This document shows positions 26,383 through 35,677 of a stretch of DNA of 46,008 nucleotides, piece by piece (the stretch's first letter is position 1; each line of letters begins with the position of its first letter). Under the pieces are notes generated by a model. The model had not been told where the DNA came from, ran no database searches, and saw only the letters and a program-made list of their open reading frames with translations. The position numbers were made by a program, and so were the translations under genes. The DNA comes from an uncultured Candidatus Saccharibacteria bacterium (GTDB lineage: Bacteria; Patescibacteriota; Saccharimonadia; CAILAD01; GCA-016700035), in the NCBI GenBank assembly GCA_964535385.1, contig CAZHSY010000002.1, forward strand, positions 72,939 through 118,946. Reading direction: 5' to 3'.

Positions 26383-26849
26383 AAATTCACCGGTGTTAAT
26401 TGCTCGGTCTCCATGATAGCACGGGTATCCCGCTCAAAGGCAGCCTTTTCGGACTCGGTGCCGTGATCGCGGTCAAGAAGATGAATCAGACCATGCACAA
26501 AGAGCGTCGCCAGCTCGAGAGCCACAGTTGTCTGCAAGACGCGAGCTTGACTGTGGGCCACTGGCACACAGATTACAATTTCTCCGGCTGGCATCGGCAA
26601 ACTCGATGATACGGCATGATACGGAATTGACAGCACATCAGTAGCCTTGGTCTCACCTAAGTGGCGCTGATGTAAATCAGTCATAGTGGCCGTATCAACA
26701 AAACTCACCACTACATCACCATCCGACACTTTGAGTTCTTGTTGCCAGGCTGTAAATAAACGGTGCCACTGGATTTGAGTTACCTCTCGCGGCACTGGAT
26801 CAGTCAATATAAGTTCAGCGCGATGGAGCGTCGCACCTACCTTGGTCAA
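26370..26849 (-). CDS. ybeY: rRNA maturation endoribonuclease YbeY
   Basis: Zn motif HGLIHLLDRDH (H-x3-H-x5-H). TTG start in a TTGA overlap with the yqeY stop. Confidence 0.88.
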   Translation of the reverse strand: MTKVGATLHRAELILTDPVPREVTQIQWHRLFTAWQQELKVSDGDVVVSFVDTATMTDLHQRHLGETKATDVLSIPYHAVSSSLPMPAGEIVICVPVAHSQARVLQTTVALELATLFVHGLIHLLDRDHGTESEKAAFERDTRAIMETEQLTPVNLWLV

Positions 26850-27295
26850 TTCAGCTCCTCACGAGCAATCTGAGCCAACAAAGCACCATCGAGCGCACCT
26901 TCGAAATGCTCACGAACAGTACTAATCACTTGACCCATAGCTGCCTGACCGCTCAAACCACGCTCACTGATAACAGACTGAACCTGCTGGCGAATAGCCA
27001 TCTCATCTGGTAGGCTCGGTAAATACTCCTCGAGAATTGCCTGCTCAGCTTTTTCCTTATCAGCGAGCTCAGGTCGACCAGCCTCTGTGTAAAGTGTAGC
27101 TGCTTCGTGACGCTTTTTAACTTCTTTTTGCAGAATTTGCAACATCTGCTGTGGCGACACATCACCCTTAACTTCAATAGAGTAATTCTTCAGCGCGCTC
27201 TTCAGTAAACGTAATGACTGTAGACGCACCTCGTCCCGAGCCTTGGCAGCCTGCACAAGGTCAGCTTCGATGCGGTCAGCCAGTTCGAGACTCAC
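26846..27295 (-). CDS. yqeY: GatB/YqeY-domain protein
   Basis: LKSALKNYSIEVKG...EEYLP pattern and the conserved position downstream of rpsU. Confidence 0.82.
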   Translation of the reverse strand: MSLELADRIEADLVQAAKARDEVRLQSLRLLKSALKNYSIEVKGDVSPQQMLQILQKEVKKRHEAATLYTEAGRPELADKEKAEQAILEEYLPSLPDEMAIRQQVQSVISERGLSGQAAMGQVISTVREHFEGALDGALLAQIAREELN

Positions 27296-27304
27296 GCCTA
27301 AGAC

Positions 27305-27517
27305 CTAGCCCCTAATCTGGAAGAGCTCGCGCTGCTTCTGATCTTTACGGGCCTGTTTGCGTATCGCAATAGAGCGCTGTTCACGCTTGTTGAGTGGCTT
27401 TTCAAAAAATTTCTTGCGACGAGCAACACTTAAAACGCCTGATTGCGACACTTTTTTATTAAAGCGGCGCAGCAAGCTCTCAAATGACTCATCTTCTTTG
27501 CGTTCAACTTGTAACAT
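27305..27517 (-). CDS. rpsU: 30S ribosomal protein S21
   Basis: MLQVERKEDESFESLLRRFNKKVSQSGVL...RKKFFEKP. Start 27517 is chosen because ATG 27538 lies inside the spacer of promoter TTGAAT (27552-27557)-17-TAGAAT (27529-27534). Confidence 0.88.
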   Translation of the reverse strand: MLQVERKEDESFESLLRRFNKKVSQSGVLSVARRKKFFEKPLNKREQRSIAIRKQARKDQKQRELFQIRG

Positions 27518-27528
27518 AAGACCTGAAA

Positions 27529-27557
27529 ATTCTAGCATATACCTGATAAGTATTCAA
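27529..27557 (-). promoter_or_regulatory. promoter TTGAAT-17 nt-TAGAAT, 11 nt upstream of the rpsU ATG
   Basis: Read on the minus strand. No SD between the -10 box and the ATG. Confidence 0.55.
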
Positions 27558-27647
27558 GCCTAGCCCGAAGTTAGTAGTGAGGAATTAAGCATTTGGTAAT
27601 CCGCCATAGGCGAAACGAGTTTCCAGTCTCTAGCTCCCAACTCCTGA

Positions 27648-29813
27648 TCAACGCAGGCTATGGTCGACCTTCGTGACCCCAGGCACACGAGCTAGAGCTC
27701 GCAAAAGACTCTGAAGCCGATCCATACGCACGAGACTCAGCAGGATATCAAACTGCACTGTAGTCTCATCTGGGTTCGACTCAAGAATTTGCTGTGCCCG
27801 AGCATCAAAGCCGTGAAGATGATGTGAGACCCCCTTTAGAATCGTAGCCGTTTGAGCTGTCGAGCCCAGTAAGCGTATCCGATCACTCGAGTCAAAATAC
27901 CAATACGCAGGGACTCGTCGCTCAGGCTGAGTCTCGATCTGGTGACACTCTTCGCGGTGGATTCGGCAACCACCCTGCCGCGGAATATAGCCAACGACCT
28001 TTTCTGGGTATACCGGACTACAACAACCAGCCCGCGAAACATGCTCACGATCAATTCCCGGGATAAGAGCTACTGGTCGAGCCTGAGAGCGTTGTCTCAA
28101 TAAATTGCCCAATATAGAGCCTCGCCTACTTGCCGAGCGACCATAAAGCAACTCTCGCATCACATCCTTGGGCTGCAAGCGACCATGGCTCAGAGCTATA
28201 AATAATTCGGTTTCGTCAGCCACAGCAAGCTTCTTTATCACTGCCTGGCGACCCTGGCTTGAGAGTTGATGCCAGGGTCGCCGCTGCGCCTGACGTAAGG
28301 CTTCCTCAAGTATTACCCGCCCCTCTTGTTCTTCGCTGCTCTGATTTTGAGCCTTGAACCAGACACGCAGCCTTGAACGTGCCTTAGCTGTCACCACGAA
28401 GCTCAACCAATCACGACTTGGTCGTGGCGTGTCGCGGAAGGCAAATACTTCGACAACATCTCGATTAGATAGTCGGTAATCGAGTGGCACCATACGCCCA
28501 TTCACCTTTGCGCCTCGGCACGTCAGGCCTAACTGAGTATGGACTTGGAAGGCGAAGTCAATTGGAGTTGAGCCCTCCGGCAAATCGAACAAATCTCCCT
28601 CCGGAGAGAACACAAAAATACGCTGGCTGAACACATCTAATTTCAGCGCCTGACGCGTATCATATTCCGATGTCATATCATCTTGCCAATCGAGTAAATT
28701 TTGTACCCATTGTAGTTTTTTTGGTAACAGATTTTTGCTACCTTCTCGATAAGAATCATCAGTTTTGCGCTCATTATAGTAGAAGTGAGCGGCTAGGCCA
28801 TGTTCGGCAAAATCGTGCATTGCTTGACTACGAATTTGCACTTCGAAGATATGCCGATCGCCCAGAACCGTGGTATGCAATGACTGATAGCCATTAGGCT
28901 TCGGCACGGCAATATAATCCTTAATGTACTGCGGTAATGGTTTGTAGCGCTGATGAATAAGACCAAGCACCTGATAGCACTGCGCCGTATCGGCTACAAT
29001 CACACGAACTGCTACCAGGTCACGTACCTTAGAAAAGTCTTGCTCATACTTACTGAGTTTCTTATGTAAGCTGTAGAGATGTTTAATACGATACTCAATC
29101 TCCGGTTCTAAATTGGCCACCTGACAGTCATCGGCAATATCACGAGCCACGCCATCCAGAAAACGCTTACCCGACCGAATCTTTGGGGCAGTCAGCCGTT
29201 TCAACTCAACGTACTGCTCAGGCTCGAGAACCGCAAAGGCCAGATCCTCTAACTCAGCTTTAACGTCCCCCATCCCGAGGCGGTCAGCCAATGGAGCGAA
29301 TATATCCAGTGTTTCCTGGGCCTTCTGGCGTTGCTTGGCAGCTGGCAAGTACTCAATCGTGCGCATATTATGAAGTCTATCGGCTAGCTTCACTAGTACT
29401 ACTCGAATGTCACGACTCATAGCCAAGAGAAGTTTGCGAACATTCTCTGTGGAGGCGTCGCGTCGAGCGCTCGCAGTCATCTTAATAGTACCGATCTTCG
29501 TAACGCCCTCCACGAGCTGGGTACATGTCGGACCAAACTCAGCCGTCAGCTCTGCTTGACTAGTTTGAGTGTCCTCCAAGGTATCATGCAGCATCCCAGC
29601 CAGCAGCGTCTCCGTATCCACGTGCCAGGATGCCAGTAAGGTCACAACTGCAATCGGATGAATAATATAGGCTTCGCCGCTCCGACGCTTTTGGCCGCGA
29701 TGTTTATCTCTCGCAAAAGCGTAGGCATGGGCAATTCGTCGCTTATCAGCCAATGAATAGCTGGCTAGGTTACGGATAAAGCTTGGCAGTGCTGTCGACT
29801 TGGTTGTTGTCAC
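27648..29813 (-). CDS. rel: bifunctional (p)ppGpp synthetase/hydrolase Rel (long RSH)
   Basis: HD hydrolase (HPIAV...HDTLEDT), synthetase (YIAVPKPNGYQSLHTTV...EVQIRS), TGS, Cys-rich ZFD and a C-terminal ACT/RRM region. Confidence 0.95.
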   Translation of the reverse strand: MTTTKSTALPSFIRNLASYSLADKRRIAHAYAFARDKHRGQKRRSGEAYIIHPIAVVTLLASWHVDTETLLAGMLHDTLEDTQTSQAELTAEFGPTCTQLVEGVTKIGTIKMTASARRDASTENVRKLLLAMSRDIRVVLVKLADRLHNMRTIEYLPAAKQRQKAQETLDIFAPLADRLGMGDVKAELEDLAFAVLEPEQYVELKRLTAPKIRSGKRFLDGVARDIADDCQVANLEPEIEYRIKHLYSLHKKLSKYEQDFSKVRDLVAVRVIVADTAQCYQVLGLIHQRYKPLPQYIKDYIAVPKPNGYQSLHTTVLGDRHIFEVQIRSQAMHDFAEHGLAAHFYYNERKTDDSYREGSKNLLPKKLQWVQNLLDWQDDMTSEYDTRQALKLDVFSQRIFVFSPEGDLFDLPEGSTPIDFAFQVHTQLGLTCRGAKVNGRMVPLDYRLSNRDVVEVFAFRDTPRPSRDWLSFVVTAKARSRLRVWFKAQNQSSEEQEGRVILEEALRQAQRRPWHQLSSQGRQAVIKKLAVADETELFIALSHGRLQPKDVMRELLYGRSASRRGSILGNLLRQRSQARPVALIPGIDREHVSRAGCCSPVYPEKVVGYIPRQGGCRIHREECHQIETQPERRVPAYWYFDSSDRIRLLGSTAQTATILKGVSHHLHGFDARAQQILESNPDETTVQFDILLSLVRMDRLQSLLRALARVPGVTKVDHSLR

Positions 29814-29816
29814 GGA

Positions 29817-31505
29817 CTATGGCTCCCGAATGTCAGCTACGATAGCTTCGACCCGTGTTACCCCTTGCCAAACGGATGAATTAAGACGCACTAAGGCCTG
29901 CAAACTACTCCCCACTTCCAGCCACGGCCAACGCTCAGCTGCCCCGAAGGCAATCGTGCGAAAATGGCCGGCCGAACCCTCTACCGTCAGCTGATAATGT
30001 TGACCCTCAGCACCAACTCGCCGGAGGCCAGCCACCTTACCTTCAAAAGAGAACACCGGAGCCGGGTTGTCATTTCCGCAGGGCTCCAGGAGGTGTATCT
30101 GGTCAAGAATCTCACGCTCCAAGAACTCCGGCTGCAGCCACATATCCACCTTGAGCGTGGTATTAAACTGGGTCTGCAGCCTTTTTCCCACAACATAGTC
30201 ATGCAGAGCCTGCCGAAAGTCAGCTATATCCTGAGTCGCCAGCGTCACTCCCGCCGCTGCTGCGTGGCCACCGAATTTTTTCAAATATTGCTGGGTGGCT
30301 TGCAAGGCATCGATCAAGCGAAAATCTCCGACCGAACGACCCGACCCCTTGCTCGTCTCACCCTCGATCTGCAAAACAAAAGTTGGCTTATGAAACTCTT
30401 CGGCCAGGCGAGCCGCCACGAGACCAGCTACGCCATGTGACCAATCCGGGTCTGCCACTACCAAACAAGCCTCCTCTGACTGATCGGTGGCCTGCATCCG
30501 CGCAGCAGCTAAGACTGTAGCTGTTTGTTCCTGACGCCGTACATTGAGCGCCTGTAAATTATTTGCCAACTCTTGCACCTCCTGACTCCGTTCAGTCGCC
30601 AAGATAAGCTGCAAGGCAGCTTGAGCATGTTCCAGACGTCCAGCGGCATTCAAACGTGGTCCAAATCGAAAGCCTACGTCATCACCCTTGAGCTCACTTA
30701 GCTCAACGCCAGCCACTTCTGCCAGCGCCTGTAATCCAGGACGCCGGGTCTTACGCAAGACTTCCAGGCCAAACCGGGCTAGGGTGCGGTTCTCACCGGT
30801 CAGCGGCACTACATCGCAAATCGTACCCAGAGCCACCAGATCAAGTAGCCACTTCTCCTGTCCAGCCGGCAAGAAATCTGGCAGCACCTGCTGGAGCCCT
30901 CTGGCCAAGCCAAAAGCCACCCCAACACCTGCTAAGCGTGGCTCAGGATAGGTATTCGTCTCCCGCAGAGGATTAATATGTGCCACTGCCCCGGTTAGCG
31001 GTTCAGTACCCAGGGTATGATGGTCGGTCACAATGATCTGCAAGCCTTGCTCAACCGCAAAAGCCACTTCAGTAGCGGCCGTGCTGCCACAATCTACCGT
31101 AATCACTGTATGAATCTGACGCTTAGCCAACTTCTCTAAAGCCTGCTTATTCAGGCCATAGCCTTCCTCGAATCGATCCGGAATGTACACCTCTACCTGG
31201 TACCCGGCTCGCTGCAAGACATCGTAGAGTAGAGCCGAGGCAGTCATACCATCAATGTCATAATCTCCATAGATAGCCAGACGTACATCTTGATCATGAA
31301 GACCTACGATATGATCAACTGCCGCCTGCATATCCGGCAGCCCGAAAGGATCGCCAAGGCTCTGGTACCGAGGATGGAGAAATGTATCAAGAACTTGCTC
31401 GGCAAAACCACGCTGCCGAAGCAACGTTACAGCTAGCTCCTGTGGCGCAATTGTCTGCGCCACAGGAAGTGACCACTGAACCGTACCACCAATATTCTTT
31501 GCCAT
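29817..31505 (-). CDS. recJ: single-stranded-DNA-specific exonuclease RecJ
   Basis: DHH motifs DYDIDGMTA, TVDCG, VTDHH and DHHA1 GGHAAAAG. ATG 31505 sits 10 nt after TATAAT (31516-31521). Confidence 0.92.
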   Translation of the reverse strand: MAKNIGGTVQWSLPVAQTIAPQELAVTLLRQRGFAEQVLDTFLHPRYQSLGDPFGLPDMQAAVDHIVGLHDQDVRLAIYGDYDIDGMTASALLYDVLQRAGYQVEVYIPDRFEEGYGLNKQALEKLAKRQIHTVITVDCGSTAATEVAFAVEQGLQIIVTDHHTLGTEPLTGAVAHINPLRETNTYPEPRLAGVGVAFGLARGLQQVLPDFLPAGQEKWLLDLVALGTICDVVPLTGENRTLARFGLEVLRKTRRPGLQALAEVAGVELSELKGDDVGFRFGPRLNAAGRLEHAQAALQLILATERSQEVQELANNLQALNVRRQEQTATVLAAARMQATDQSEEACLVVADPDWSHGVAGLVAARLAEEFHKPTFVLQIEGETSKGSGRSVGDFRLIDALQATQQYLKKFGGHAAAAGVTLATQDIADFRQALHDYVVGKRLQTQFNTTLKVDMWLQPEFLEREILDQIHLLEPCGNDNPAPVFSFEGKVAGLRRVGAEGQHYQLTVEGSAGHFRTIAFGAAERWPWLEVGSSLQALVRLNSSVWQGVTRVEAIVADIREP

Positions 31506-31722
31506 GCTGCTGACTATTATACCGACTTCACCTATTAAGGTGTTAGCTTGCACTAACGTGTAAAGTAAGAGCCCTGGCCCCGACTCGTCCAACCCAATGG
31601 TGGTTGGTCATGATGGCCAAGTGTCGGACGCGAGGCGACCCTTTCACGATCCCGGTGAGCTACAGCAGAGCGCTGCCAATGCAGAACATCAAGACTAACT
31701 TGCCTCCAGAAGCGTCGCCAGA

Positions 31723-32007
31723 TCATGATGGGTCCCTCTTGGTCTGTCGGCTCGTCTTGAGAACCATGCTCTGCAGTTCTTTATAGAGCGGAAAGGTCTG
31801 ATTAACCCAGTAGAGCTTAGTATTTCCTTCCTTCGTCGAAAATACATATTTAATGCGCGCTAAGCGGTCGAGCTCGCGCGCAACATTACCCGGATCCTCG
31901 CGTACCAACTTAGCAAGCCCACGAACATGGACGCGATAATCCGGGTATTTAGAAAAGACCGTTATAATTTTTCGACGGGTTTTTGATGTTATGAAATATT
32001 GCAGCAT
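31723..32007 (-). CDS. small winged-helix transcriptional regulator (ArsR-like)
   Basis: SKTRRKIITVF...VRGLAKLVREDPGNVARELDRLARIKYV...K..Y fits an HTH plus wing. Divergent from the zinc-ribbon/pilin-domain gene. Confidence 0.65.
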   Translation of the reverse strand: MLQYFITSKTRRKIITVFSKYPDYRVHVRGLAKLVREDPGNVARELDRLARIKYVFSTKEGNTKLYWVNQTFPLYKELQSMVLKTSRQTKRDPS

Positions 32008-32168
32008 GTTTCGTTTTGGACTGTAATTTTTAAAGTTTGTGTGGGATTTCTTATAGCGTATATGACAACGGTTTTTTTTACAATAGTTTTAGCATAAGAA
32101 CTTATAGTAAGATAAAGGGGCAAAGAAAGTATCTACGCGTAACTCCAATAGAAAATCAACTTTATTTT

Positions 32169-33245
32169 ATGCCAGACCCTTATCTATCTAAAACTTGCCC
32201 CCAATGTGGGCAGCCACATCTAGCTAGCTCTGAGCTTGGTAAGATGTGTTTGGATTGCGGCTACCTCTTACCAGCCAGTCCTCTCGAAGAAATACCAGTC
32301 ACAACCGAAACCCTTTCTCCACAAGAAGACAGTAATCACACCGCTGATGTCTCAGTTATTGAATCAGCCCCGGAACTCGCACCCTCTGCCCGACCAGCTA
32401 TCATTAATCACCGAGCCTCATCACACTATCGTCAGCGTTTAGCCCAGCGCCAACAACAGCTCGATCAGCCAGAGCTACCAGCCGCACCAGATGAGCCCCT
32501 CTTAGAGACCGCACCTGAGCCAGCACCGACACTCATAGCACCACCTCCGCCTGCTCGTATCGAGCCTGAATCGGCCACCAATGAGACACCAGCGAACCTA
32601 CCAACACATCAATCGGATCCGCCACTAGTGCTGCCACCTCTCTCGTCCGATGATGCTCAACTCTTAGCCGATAGTCAGGCTGAAGTCGCTGAGAAGCCAA
32701 CAGCCCACCAAGCGGCCATCGCTAAAGCCGACCAGCTCTTAGCTGCAGCTGATAATTCCCCCAAGAAAACTACCAAGCATGCTCCGCTCCGCAACTGGCT
32801 CATGCTGAGCGCAACCGTTATCCTCCTCGTCGTCAGTGCCAGCGTCTTTGCAAATGCTCTACACAAGACTACTACCACACCAACGCCAACGATCACAGCC
32901 AGTTCAACCCCCACGGCTCAAGCTAGTAGCGATGCCATCAAACACGACTCTAAACGCAAAGCTGATCTCAACAGTATTGCCATCGGCCTCGAAGCCTATA
33001 AGAAAAATACAGGAGCCTACCCAGTCGGGAGTGACATCTCCGTGCTCTACCCGCTTCAGAAGACAGCTCCGCCATATATCACCGATATACCAAATGATCC
33101 CCTCACGAGCAAGGATGAACAAGCAGCTGCTCTCCGATATGGCTACAGCTCAGACGGCGTCACCTTCACTCTGACAGCCGTACTTGAGAATAAACAAGAT
33201 TCTGATGGCAAGGACGGTCTCTACACCGTCAAAAATACACCCTAG
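32169..33245 (+). CDS. zinc-ribbon / Pro-rich linker / TM / pseudopilin (T2SS-G-like) globular-domain protein
   Basis: N-terminal CPQCG...CLDCG. TM segment WLMLSATVILLVVSASVFA. C-terminal DSKRKADLNSIAIGLEAYKKNTGAYP...IPNDPL...YGYSSDGVTFTLTAVLEN resembles the pilin/GspG globular domain. Start set to ATG 32169. Confidence 0.65.
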   Translation: MPDPYLSKTCPQCGQPHLASSELGKMCLDCGYLLPASPLEEIPVTTETLSPQEDSNHTADVSVIESAPELAPSARPAIINHRASSHYRQRLAQRQQQLDQPELPAAPDEPLLETAPEPAPTLIAPPPPARIEPESATNETPANLPTHQSDPPLVLPPLSSDDAQLLADSQAEVAEKPTAHQAAIAKADQLLAAADNSPKKTTKHAPLRNWLMLSATVILLVVSASVFANALHKTTTTPTPTITASSTPTAQASSDAIKHDSKRKADLNSIAIGLEAYKKNTGAYPVGSDISVLYPLQKTAPPYITDIPNDPLTSKDEQAAALRYGYSSDGVTFTLTAVLENKQDSDGKDGLYTVKNTP

Positions 33246-34219
33246 GCCTTAGTTTTTGCAGTTGTCTCAGCCTTGGCTTTTGTCGATGCCTTAACTGACT
33301 GAATCTTCGCAGCTGCCTTCTGAGTCTTGCGTTCACGCCGTCGCAATTGCCAACGGTGCCAAACTACCAGTGATGGAGCTGCATTAAAGACTGACGAGAA
33401 GGTTCCGGCAATAACACCAACCAAGAGTGCCAGAATAAATGTACGGATAGTCTCGCCACCGAAGACAAGTAACGCGATGAGAGTCAGCATGACTGTCAAG
33501 CTGGTCGAGAGAGACCGCCCGACTGTCTCAACAATACTGTCATTTACAATTACGCTGAATTCGCCCTTCTTACGACGCAGGTTCTCACGAATCCGGTCAT
33601 AAACGACGATCGTGTCGTGGATTGAGAAACCAATCGTGGTGAGGGCAGCCGTTACAAATAATGAGTCAACTTCAACACCATAGAAATGCCCAAGTAAAGA
33701 AAATACTCCAAGCAGCACTAAGGTGTCATGTAAGAGAGCGATCACAGCCGTGACTCCGAAGCTGATCGGACTGACAGGTGGTGGCGTATTACGGAAGGCT
33801 ACAGCAATGAAGGCCACAATCGCCAGCGAGGCCAAGCCAACGGCCAAGATGGCATTACGAGTAATGTCTCGACTAACTGCCGGACCAATTGATTCGAAGC
33901 TGGTCTGCTGCAAGCCAACAGCTGCCAGCTCTGTCTTCAGGGTATTGGCCGTCTCGGTTGGGTTCTGACCATTCGGCTCACGGTAGCGCACCATCAACGT
34001 ATTTCCGCCCGATGAGGTAATTACGAGATCTTCGGCGTGCTTGGCCTTAAATAATGGCTCGACTTTAGTAGTCTCGTTGGTGCCTGATATCTCCATCACT
34101 TGCCCACCCACAAAGTCGATACCCGGCTTGAGACCCCAGAAGACAAGTGACAACGTACCAGGAATGATCAATACCAAAGAGATGGTAAACCAAAGCTTCG
34201 ACCGACCGATAATATTCAT
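33242..34219 (-). CDS. secF: protein translocase subunit SecF
   Basis: Typical SecF N-terminus (GIDFVGG) and 6 TM segments. ATGA overlap with secD. Confidence 0.94.
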   Translation of the reverse strand: MNIIGRSKLWFTISLVLIIPGTLSLVFWGLKPGIDFVGGQVMEISGTNETTKVEPLFKAKHAEDLVITSSGGNTLMVRYREPNGQNPTETANTLKTELAAVGLQQTSFESIGPAVSRDITRNAILAVGLASLAIVAFIAVAFRNTPPPVSPISFGVTAVIALLHDTLVLLGVFSLLGHFYGVEVDSLFVTAALTTIGFSIHDTIVVYDRIRENLRRKKGEFSVIVNDSIVETVGRSLSTSLTVMLTLIALLVFGGETIRTFILALLVGVIAGTFSSVFNAAPSLVVWHRWQLRRRERKTQKAAAKIQSVKASTKAKAETTAKTKA

Positions 34220-35586
34220 ACTTGGCGCTCCTTAGTCTTTGGCTTTACCTGGGCATCTGTATTGGCACTTGGCACTAGACCAAGCGTTACGGCCGTATAG
34301 CGCTTCGGTTGGCTACCAAGCTTAGTACTGGCGAATAAGCGCAAGAACGTCCGAGAAACAGTCACAGACGTAAAGACTGAGATGGCCACACCAAGAGCCA
34401 GAGTGACGGCAAAGCCTTTGATGATTGGTGCCCCGAAGTTGTACAGAATAAAGCAAGTAATCAAGGTTGAGATACTTGAATCGCGCACCGAGTTCCAGGC
34501 TCGCTTGAAGCCGGCCTCAAGGGCTGCCGGCACCGTCTTGCCTTGGCGCATTTCTTCTTTCGTACGCTCGAAGATCAAGATATTACCATCAACCGCCATA
34601 CCAACCGACAGCACAAAGCCAGCGATACCAGCCAGGGTTAGTACGATTGGCCAAGGCGAAATGCTCGACAGCTTCATAATCGCTAAGGTAAAAGCAATGT
34701 AGAGCATGAGAGCCCCGCTAGCGATAAGGCCGGCCCAGCGGTAGCTCAGGGTCATAAAGATCACCACCGCGATGATACCGATAATGCCGGCTACGAGAGA
34801 CTTCGAGATAGATTCCGAGCCGAGTGTCGCACCAATCGTGCGTTGGCTGGAGAGATTGACAGGTACGGGTAGGGCGCCAGCGTTCAGGAGTACAGCCACA
34901 CTCTTAGCCGACTTAACGTCCTGGAAACCCGTCATTCGCCCTTGGCCGGTCAGAATCGGCTCGGAAACAGTGCCGTTGAAAAGAATTTCGTTATCAAGCA
35001 CGATGACAAGCCGGCCGCCCGATTTGCTTATTTCGGTGGTCAGCTCTCCAAATTTCTTGGTGGCCTCACCTTCTTTCATAGTAAAAGTAATGATTGGTTG
35101 AGCAGTCTGCGGATCAATGTCGGCTGTAGCTTCCTTGAGATCTTTACCGGTCAAGCCTGACTCTTTCGGCATAGCTTGCTCGGCATCAGAGGAGAGGCTG
35201 TAGAAGGTCAGCTGGGCGGTCCGACCAATCTGCTCAGAAGCCGTAGCCGCGTCACTCACACCGGGCAGTTGTACGACCACTCGACTATCACCTGACTGCT
35301 GTACGATTGCTTCCGAGGTACCTGTTGGGTTAACACGCTGGGTGATGACATTAATAACGCCGTCCATAGCCTTCTGTTTATCAGCCGAGGCGGTCTGACT
35401 CAAATCAGCCTCATACGTCAAGCTGGTGCCGCCCTGTAGATCTAAGCCCAACTTAAGCTTAGGGTTCGTGTTCTTAATGCCTAAGGCGTGTAAAATACGA
35501 TCCTCGCGTGGAAAAAGAAAGAGACCAGCCAAGAGGGCCAGTACAATGATGACATACAAGCGGCGACGGTTTTTTTTAGGACTCAT
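34216..35586 (-). CDS. secD: protein translocase subunit SecD
   Basis: LGLDLQGG, a periplasmic P1 domain and a C-terminal 6-TM block. ATG 35586 is preceded by TTGCGT-17-TATGAT (35599-35604), 12 nt upstream. Confidence 0.94.
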   Translation of the reverse strand: MSPKKNRRRLYVIIVLALLAGLFLFPREDRILHALGIKNTNPKLKLGLDLQGGTSLTYEADLSQTASADKQKAMDGVINVITQRVNPTGTSEAIVQQSGDSRVVVQLPGVSDAATASEQIGRTAQLTFYSLSSDAEQAMPKESGLTGKDLKEATADIDPQTAQPIITFTMKEGEATKKFGELTTEISKSGGRLVIVLDNEILFNGTVSEPILTGQGRMTGFQDVKSAKSVAVLLNAGALPVPVNLSSQRTIGATLGSESISKSLVAGIIGIIAVVIFMTLSYRWAGLIASGALMLYIAFTLAIMKLSSISPWPIVLTLAGIAGFVLSVGMAVDGNILIFERTKEEMRQGKTVPAALEAGFKRAWNSVRDSSISTLITCFILYNFGAPIIKGFAVTLALGVAISVFTSVTVSRTFLRLFASTKLGSQPKRYTAVTLGLVPSANTDAQVKPKTKERQV

Positions 35587-35677
35587 GTTCAATCTGAAAT
35601 CATACGGCAATCTGGTACAAAACGCAAGGAGTAATTCAGATGGTTGTAGTACCTGCTACACTTAAGGGTACACGAAT

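Noticed and set aside
31593-31722. tRNA/SRP-RNA-like gene in the wHTH-recJ spacer
   Set aside because: No acceptor/T-arm pairing and no GGUUCGA-type loop for a tRNA. No SRP domain-IV motif could be found on either strand.
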